Shown here piece by piece: positions 56,001-64,000 of a DNA stretch of 64,000 nt. This DNA is from Dictyostelium discoideum. Its lineage: Eukaryota. The stretch lies in NCBI GenBank assembly GCA_000004695.1, contig CM000152.2, forward strand, positions 1,536,001 through 1,600,000, given 5' to 3'. Position numbers and translations under genes: made by a program. Every line of letters starts with the position of its first letter. Within the stretch, counting starts at the first letter, position 1. Below the pieces are notes generated by a model, which worked only from the letters and a program-made list of their open reading frames with translations, did not search any database and had not been told where the DNA came from.

Positions 56001-56966
56001 AATAATAATAATAAGAAATCAAATTCAATTTCACCAATTTATAATATTATATTTAATTCAAATTCAATATTTGAAATTACTAAAAAACATTGTTCAATTT
56101 TAAATAGTAAATTATTAACTGATGAACTTGGTTTAACAATCATTAAAAATTTAATTTATCTTTCAATGTTATTCTATAAATGTAAAAATATTAAACCACT
56201 ATCAAATAGTAATGATGATATAACTCCAAATATTTTCATTGAAAATATTGATAATAATAATAATGATGATGAAATGAATGTTGATAATCATGAAGAAGAA
56301 GAAGAAAAAGAACAAGAAGAACAACAAGTTGAAAATGATGATGATGATGATGAAGAAAATGATAATGAACAACCAATGGAAGAAGAAGAAGAAGAGAAAG
56401 AACAACAAGTTGAAGAAGATGATGAAGATCAAATTCAAGAAACAACAAATGGAAAGGTTGAACAAGAATCGTCAATGTTATTATGGTTATTTAAGAGATT
56501 ATCATATATGTCAACCAAAGCAGGTTATTTGAGAAGAAAATATATTTTCAGATGGATTGCTGCAGTTTCAACTCAATTAACCGTTCAAGAGTTAATCCCA
56601 TACCTTTCAATTCTATTGATTCCATTAATTAAATGTACTGATGAAAAGATTCGTGTCACTCCTCAAGAAAAGAAATTAGCTCAAGAAGTACTTGATATTT
56701 TAAAGAAAAAGATTGGTCCAAGCAAATTTATGTCTGTCTATCAATCAATCGTTAAAGCAACTAATGAAATGAGAGAAAAGAGAAGAGCTGACAGAAAGAT
56801 TGAAGCCATTGCCAATCCAAAGGAATTCTTACAAAAGAAACAAGAAAAGAGACAATTAACTAAAGAAAAGAAGAGAAAATATAAAAGAGAATCACTCAAA
56901 GAATTACTTGATGATAGAAAGAGAATTCGTGTGTCTCAACACTTAATTCATGGTGAAGATGATTAA
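47286..56966 (+). CDS. utp20: UTP20 / small-subunit processome component 20 (DRIM-like HEAT-repeat protein, about 3030 aa). Four exons: 47286..47450, 47555..47838, 48008..48199, 48296..56966.
   Basis: The N-terminal exons align with UTP20 orthologues: NSFRYQSFSEKISKVDINIF (compare NTYRFLTFAERLGNVNIDII), SIMTWRELNLTQHY (compare LLKWRELNLTEHF), IKNSTALKPLL-S-ILASLSRDLRSEFYGSFF (compare VKNSFAYQPLLDLVVQLARDLQMDFYPHFPEFF) and KRKYIRKFAAESIAFFLRKIS (compare KKLHIRNFAAESFTFLMRKVS). The 8.7-kb final exon is HEAT/ARM-like throughout, with acidic E/D-rich inserts and a basic C-terminal tail (KKQEKRQLTKEKKRKYKRE). Introns use GTAAGT or GTAAAT donors and TTTAG/TATAG acceptors with phases 0, 2, 2. Intron 2 holds (AAT)29. 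Confidence 0.85.
47846..47931. repeat. (AAT)29 microsatellite within utp20 intron 2.
   Basis: Direct reading. Confidence 0.95.
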
Positions 56967-57197
56967 AATTAAAATAATTAAAAATAAATAAATAAAAAAA
57001 AAAAAAAAAAATGTTTAACAAAAAAAACAATAAAATAAAAAAAAAAAAACAAGATTTGGAAAAAAAAAAAAAAAAAAATTGGAGTTCTTTGTTAAAAAGT
57101 CTTAAACTTGTTGGGTAATTCCAATTTTTGACTTTAAAAAAAAAAAAATCTTTGTGATAACAAGAAAAAGTTAATATATAAATATATATAAGATAAA

Positions 57198-57286
<89 letters not shown>

Positions 57287-58423
57287 AAAGCCTATTTATA
57301 AAATTAATAATCTTGATCAGTTTAGATTGTGGAAAACTGTATTATGGGCGATGCCAAAGAAATAATTTTTTTTTTTTTTTTTTTTTTTGTTTTGGTTTAA
57401 TTTTAGAAATTGAATAATGGTTTAACATTTTTTTTTTCGGTTTCAAAAAAGCTAATAATTTTTTTCTTTTTTTTTTTTTTTTTTTTTTTTTTCTCCTTTC
57501 TTTTTTTCCTTCGTCTGTTTAATATTAATTTGATTGAAAATACTTAAAAAATTTATAAGGCAAAAAATTAATTCTAATAAAATTACACTACCCACCACAA
57601 CAAAAAAAAAAAAAAAAAATTCAGACAATCACCATAACGAAATGGTGAACTCCAACAATTTTTTTTTTTTACTTTTTTTTTTTTCGAAAAAAAAAAAAAT
57701 AAGAAAATTTTTTTTTTTTTGGTGCTCCACAAACAAGAAACTATAAATTGAATCAGTTGTGTTGTGCATAAATGCAACCTCTCTACAAAACAAATAAAAT
57801 TATAAAAAAATAAAAATAAAAAATAATAAAAAAAAGAAAAAAAAAAAAAAAAAAAACAAAAACCTAGATATTTAAAAATAAAATTCGTAAAGGTTAAATA
57901 GTATATTTATATAAATAAAAAAAAAAAAAAAAAAAAAGTAATATTATAGAAATTATTTTTTATTTTATTTTTCTCATTTCTATTTATATGTATATATATT
58001 ATTATTATTCCTATTCCTATTATTATTATTATTACTATTATTTATTATTGTTATTATTGCTATTATTATTATATTATTATACTTAAAATTATAAACTCTT
58101 TTAATTATCTTTAATGAAATAATAATAATTAGTGGTTTATTTGAAAAATATATTAGGTGTTGGTTTGAAATAAGAGGTTATCAAACATACAACATTCTTT
58201 TTGAAAATAAAAAAAAAAAAACTTCAAATGCCACAACCCATATAAAGGTTAATTACTATTATTATAAAGTGAAAGGTTTATTGATTGTATAAAATTTAAG
58301 AAATCCAAAAGGCAAAAAAAAAAAACAGGTGACCGGGGGTGCTTTTTTTTTTTTTTTTTCTCTTTCTAAACAATTTTTTTTTTTTTTTAAAAAAGCTACT
58401 ATTATCATTTTTATCTTTTTTTC

Positions 58424-58454
<31 letters not shown>

Positions 58455-58507
58455 TGGATAGTAGCGCCTATTTGTGTGGCTTTATCCTGATTTTTTCTTT
58501 TTTTTTT

Positions 58508-58546
<39 letters not shown>

Positions 58547-59017
58547 AAAAATAAAAAATAGCCTTTTCTAAGGCTCCCCTACTGCTCTATTTTATTATAT
58601 TGATAAAAAAATTATGATAACAGTGGCAGAAAATATTAATATTGTCACGTTTTTTTTTTTTATTATTAATTTATTTTTATTTTTTTTTTGTAAATCAACA
58701 CTAAAATTTTTAAACAGTTTAATCAAAACATTCACTTTTCAAAGTATCTTTTCCAACCAATCGATAATAGTGGTTATCGATCTTTAATATTTTCAATAGT
58801 TTCGTGCACCCTAAAAAAAAAAAAAAAAAAAAAACTGTATGTATAACCTTTTTTATATTATTATTTATTTTGTTTTTGTTGATTTTATTTTTAATTTTTT
58901 ATATTTTTATTTATTTTGTTTTTATTTTATTTTTTATTTTCTATTTTTTTTTTTTTTTACTTTATTGTTACCGCCAATGTAATATAAATTTTGCAAATCA
59001 ATTCTATTTTAAAATTA

Positions 59018-59058
<41 letters not shown>

Positions 59059-59488
59059 TGGGGGTTTTTTTCATCAGATTATTTCCTGCAAAGGTTGAAA
59101 AAAATCTATTAAAAAAAAAAAGCTCGTTTTCGTCATATGAACAAGCCAAAAAGGTTAAGCATATAAAAAATTTTAAAAAAAATAATTACTCAGGACCATC
59201 CTACACCTTTGGGATACTTATATAATTATTCTAATTTTATCACTTTTTCATTTTCCATTTTTTTTTTTTTTTTTTATTATCTGTATATTTATTTTTATTT
59301 TTTTTTATTTTGTTTTTTTATTTTTTTGTTCCCTCTTAATTTCTTCTTATATGTTTATTTTTATTTTTTATTTTTATATTATTATTATTTTTTATTTTTA
59401 TTTTTTTTTTTTAGATTAATCATTTTTTTGGTTTTTTTTTTTTTTTTTTAATAATAATTATTAAAAATTATTTATGTGAACCAACTTG

Positions 59489-59526
<38 letters not shown>

Positions 59527-60191
59527 AGGCTTGTGCCCGATTAAATTTAATTAAATTTAATTTAAAAAAATAAAAAAAAAATAATAATCAAAATAATCAT
59601 CAATTTTATTAAAAATAATTATTTTTTATTTTTTAATGTGCAATTTGATTTTTTTTTTTTTTTCATAACCTAAAAGCCCAATACAAATTCAAAATAAAAA
59701 GCTTTGTGTTAAGGTTCTGGGTGCAAGAAAAAATTTTTTTTTTTTTTTTTTTTAGTGGGTTTATAATAATAAACTGTGTTTTAAAATTTGCAGCATTTAT
59801 TTTGACGTATTTGAAAATCCTATTTAAAAAATATCTTTTTTTTCAGAAGTAGCGAATTTTATTTTTTTTAAAATATATTTTTTTTTTTTTCCAATTCATG
59901 AAAAAAAAAAAAAAGTATAAATATCATGTGAACCCTAATAAGATTTTTTTTTTTTTTTTTATTTATTTTGTTTAATTAAAAAAATTTTATAACTTTTTTT
60001 TTTTTCTTTGCCTTTTCTTTCATTTTTTTTTTTATCAATAAATAATAATAAAAATAATAATAATAAAAATAATAAAAAAAAAAAAAAATTAAAAAAAATA
60101 TATTATAAAAAATAATAGATCAATTAATAGAAATATTAAATTAATTTACCATTAATCTGATTCTTGATCAAAAACCCAAATTCACAAATCG

Positions 60192-60224
<33 letters not shown>

Positions 60225-61199
60225 AATTTGTGAACACAAAAAATTTTTTTTTAAAAATAATATATAAAAAAAAATTCAACTTGTATTACTATTGTACTCT
60301 TATTCTTGTATCTATATTTGTAGTTTTTTTTTTTCATATTGTCAAAATATTTATATAAATATATATATATATATACCCAAATAAATAAATAAAAAAAAAA
60401 AAAAAAAATTATAATAATAAATTAATATCTTTTTTGATTAAAATAATTAACTGACCAATTCATAATTGGAATAAAGGATAAACGTCTTATGTCTCTCTTA
60501 AACGCCATCGTTAGCATCATTACACAGCATCTTCCAAAAAAAAAAAAACCATTTAAAAAAGTTACTTGCCTTCTAAAAAAAAAAAGAAATTACATGTTAA
60601 ACATTCCTCTTAGTGCTACCAACCTGATAAAATTAAAAAACAAGGTAAGAATGAACTCTTTTTATTAATTTATTTATTTATTTATCTATTTATTTTTATT
60701 TTTATTTTTATTTTTTTTTTTTGGTTGTTGCTTTTTTAACAAAGTTTAAAAAAAAACAAAACACAAAGAAATCAAAATTTATCTCATTATAATTTCCTCA
60801 CAAAATTTACAACTCTGTTGAAGCTATTGTCTATTTAATTTTTTTTTTTTTTTTTTTTTTTCTTCACAAATATAACAATAACGGATAATCCAAAAATAGA
60901 TAATTGTTTTTTTTTTTTTAATTCATTTTTTTTTTTTTTTAATTCATTTTTTTTTTTTTTTTTTTTATTATTACCCAATAATTTAAATAATAGTAATAGA
61001 TTAAAATGATTTTAGTTCCAACATTCATTATTTTCAGGTAATTGGGCTAAAAAAAAAAAAAAAAAAAAAATTGTAACTCGTAAAACCAAAAGACACTAAA
61101 TTATATATTTTTTTTTTTTTTTCTTTTTTGAGTACATTAATATAAAAAAAAAAAAAAAAATTAAAAAGGTCAAATTGTGACCGATTTGACTTTTAAAAA

Positions 61200-61338
<139 letters not shown>

Positions 61339-62021
61339 TGTAATTAAATCTTTTTTTTATTTATTTATTTTTTATTTTCAATTTGTTTTTTTTTTTTTTT
61401 TTAATTTATTCTGTTTTTATAATCATTTCCAATACAGCAAAAAATAGTAGTGAGTGGAGTTGTTGGTATGACTTAATTTACAAAAAAATCCAGTAAATTT
61501 ACTATTTTTATCGGTTATTATAAAAAAAAAAAATAACAATGATCAATTAATTATTTTTTTCATTTAATTTTTTTATTTTTTAATTTTTATATTTAAACAT
61601 ATTTTTTATTTTTTTTATTTTATTTTTTTTTTGTAGATGAAAAGTGCAAAAAAAAAAATAAAATAATAATAATTTACGAATTAGTGTATAGATTTATTAA
61701 AGTGTTATAACACCATACGTTTTTTTTTTTTTTTATTTGTGCTATTATTTTTATTATCTTCTATCATAGGGTGTTGGTGGTGCATTTTGCCAATTTTTTT
61801 TTTAATTATATTTTTTATTTTTTAAATTATATTTTTATATTTTTTTTTTTAATTTTTTTTTTTTTTTTTTTCTGTGTTTGTTGGTGATTGACAATATACT
61901 GAAGTGCTGCTATGTATGAATATAGCCGACAATATTTTACAAACAAAATAATAATAATAATAATAAAATAACACACAAAAAATATAACAGTACATTTTGT
62001 TAGATCAATAATATATATTTA

Positions 62022-62056
<35 letters not shown>

Positions 62057-62088
62057 AAAAAAAAATAATTATAATAATGTGTTTGTGA

Positions 62089-62134
<46 letters not shown>

Positions 62135-62640
62135 TAAATTTAATTAATTAAATTAAAATATTAATTTCAATAGAATTTTTTATTCAAAATTTTTTTTCCA
62201 TTCATTATTAAATTAATATTCATTTATTTAATTTAATATTGCATATTTATTTATTTATTTATTATTATTATTTATTTATTTTCAATAGTTGTATCAATAG
62301 TAGCAATTTTAAATGTATTTTGGCTAATCACATTTTCTAATTCAAATGTAATTAAATATTATTTTTTTTTTATTTTTTTATTTTTTTTTTTTCTTTTTTG
62401 GGTATTTTTTTTTTTTAGTGCCCAAAAATTTTTTTTTTTCTTTTATTATTTTATTTATTATTGTTTATACACTATGTCATTGTATTGTTATTATTTTATA
62501 ACTCATTTTTCAATTTATTAACTTACTTTTTTTTTTTTTTTTTTTTATTAATAAAAAAAAAGATTTATAAAAAATTTTAATTTAAAAGAAAAAAAAATAG
62601 AAAAAAAAAAAAAAAAAAAAAAAATATAAATAAATTTAAA

Positions 62641-62817
62641 ATGAATCAAACTCTATCAAATGAAAATGACGAAGTTAAAAAATCGTCATCCAATAAAAGA
62701 GAGAGTCCATTTCCACAAGAAGATACCAATAAAAATCATAAAAGAGTAGCATTATACGATGTTACCCACCAACAAAATATTCAACCACAACCATTTGTAA
62801 GTCTTTTTTTTATGAAC

Positions 62818-62851
<34 letters not shown>

Positions 62852-63148
62852 ATAATTAATAAGTTTTTTTTTCTACTTCTAATCACTTCCCAAAGAATGT
62901 AAATAACAACGATTGTCTTGTCAACAATAACTATAATAACAATAATAATAATAATAATAATAATAACTATAATAATAAGAATTTAATGGCAAAACCCATT
63001 CAATCAAATAAAAATAATAGTATTATAACCGCCTCAAACATTCCCAGTACTTTCAACAATACCGCCACTAATAATAGCAATAATAATAATAACAATAATA
63101 ATAATAACAATATTAATAATAACAATAACAACAATATTAATATTATTA

Positions 63149-63233
<85 letters not shown>

Positions 63234-63399
63234 GTTAAAATCACAAACAGTAAATGGAGGTATTAAAACTGAAAACTTACCATCCAAAAATAATAATGAT
63301 AATAATAGTAATAGTGATGATAGTAACAATTCAAATAAAACAAATCAAACTCAACAAGATAATAGTAATAATGAAATAGCACCACCAACTAAACCAAAC

Positions 63400-63474
<75 letters not shown>

Positions 63475-63534
63475 TTAACAGAAAATGAAAACAACGAATT
63501 AAATAATATTAAAAACAATAATAATAATAATAAC

Positions 63535-63600
<66 letters not shown>

Positions 63601-64000
63601 GAAAATAATAGTTTGGAGAAAACATTCCATGCTCATATTCATGCCGATTTTAGTCATGTGCCACATATAGACATTGATGAACAATTTGGGGCATGCCAAA
63701 TTCTATGTGCGGAGTACGCAGAGGAAATATTTGATAATGCGCGTAAGAATCAATGGAAAACACAGCCTACAGACTATATGCAAAATCAAAGTGAATTGAA
63801 GCCAGGTATGAGAGCAATTCTCATTGATTGGATCGTAGATATTGGTTGTGAATTGGGTGTAAAGAACGAAACCATCTATTTATCAATAAATATTTTGGAT
63901 CGTTATCTTTCATTGCAACCAGTCACTAGAAATGAATTCCAAATGATCGGAGCCTGTGCCTTCTTTATCGCGGCAAAGTATGAAGAATACAAGGGTGCTC
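62641..64000 (+). CDS. cycB: Mitotic (A/B-type) cyclin, 5-prime part. Exon 1 is 62641..62796 and exon 2 is 62896..64000+, continuing beyond the window.
   Basis: Exon 1 contains a destruction-box-like RVALYDVTHQQN (RxALxD..N). After long poly-N linkers, exon 2 encodes the cyclin-box start MRAILIDWIVDIGCELGVKNETIYLSINILDRYLSLQPVTRNEFQMIGACAFFIAAKYEEYKG (compare MRAILVDWLVEVH..ETLYL.VN.IDRFLS...LQLVG..A..IA.KYEE). The GTAAGT donor at 62797 and CCAAAG acceptor at 62895 are in phase 0. The symbol is assigned by family resemblance only. Confidence 0.7.

Overview
This window is AT-rich (roughly 75-80% A+T) eukaryotic nuclear DNA with the hallmarks of a Dictyostelium discoideum-type social-amoeba genome. 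Coding exons stand out as GC-richer islands. Introns are short (70-250 nt), extremely AT-rich, and start GTAAGT, GTATGT or GTAAAT and end (T)nAG. (AAT)n and (CAA)n microsatellites run through genes, giving poly-N and poly-Q proteins. A non-LTR retrotransposon sits next to a tRNA gene. No prokaryotic operons, CRISPR arrays or phage-defence features are present. The assembly is draft quality: there is a 100-N gap inside an exon and an apparent homopolymer frameshift.

Protein-coding genes I can support from the sequence (all models hand-built from the ORF track plus splice-phase bookkeeping):
- COQ3 ubiquinone O-methyltransferase (- strand)
- a large beta-propeller/coiled-coil protein
- an AT-hook protein
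- an ankyrin-repeat protein
- an FG-repeat nucleoporin with a Nup58-like layout
- a small secreted protein
- a two-domain trypsin-like peroxisomal protease (Deg15/Tysnd1-like, C-terminal SKL)
- a huge Asn-rich coiled-coil protein
- a cytosolic IMP/GMP 5-prime-nucleotidase (NT5C2 family, 6-7 exons)
- an MRH-domain type I membrane protein
- ribosomal protein L31 (eL31)
- PAN3 deadenylase subunit (- strand)
- UTP20 / small-subunit processome component (about 2.9 k aa, + strand)
- the 5-prime part of a mitotic cyclin running off the window end

The main accessory region is 31.2-38.2 kb. It holds a tRNA-Cys(GCA) gene on the - strand. Immediately downstream of it lies an apparently intact 5.2-kb TRE3-type tRNA-targeted non-LTR retrotransposon: overlapping ORF1 and ORF2 (APE-RT-CCHC), a poly(A) tail and a 13-bp target-site duplication. 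Behind that are at least two 5-prime-truncated copies of a related element, one bracketed by a 48-bp inverted repeat.

The observation I rank highest is the 363-nt intron of rpl31. It is not AT-rich and is full of nested hairpins, so it is a candidate intron-hosted snoRNA or other structured RNA. Other points worth checking:
- a probable 1-nt frame break in the 5-prime-nucleotidase gene
- a likely missing 5-prime exon of the peroxisomal protease
- several small spliced genes absent from the ORF track
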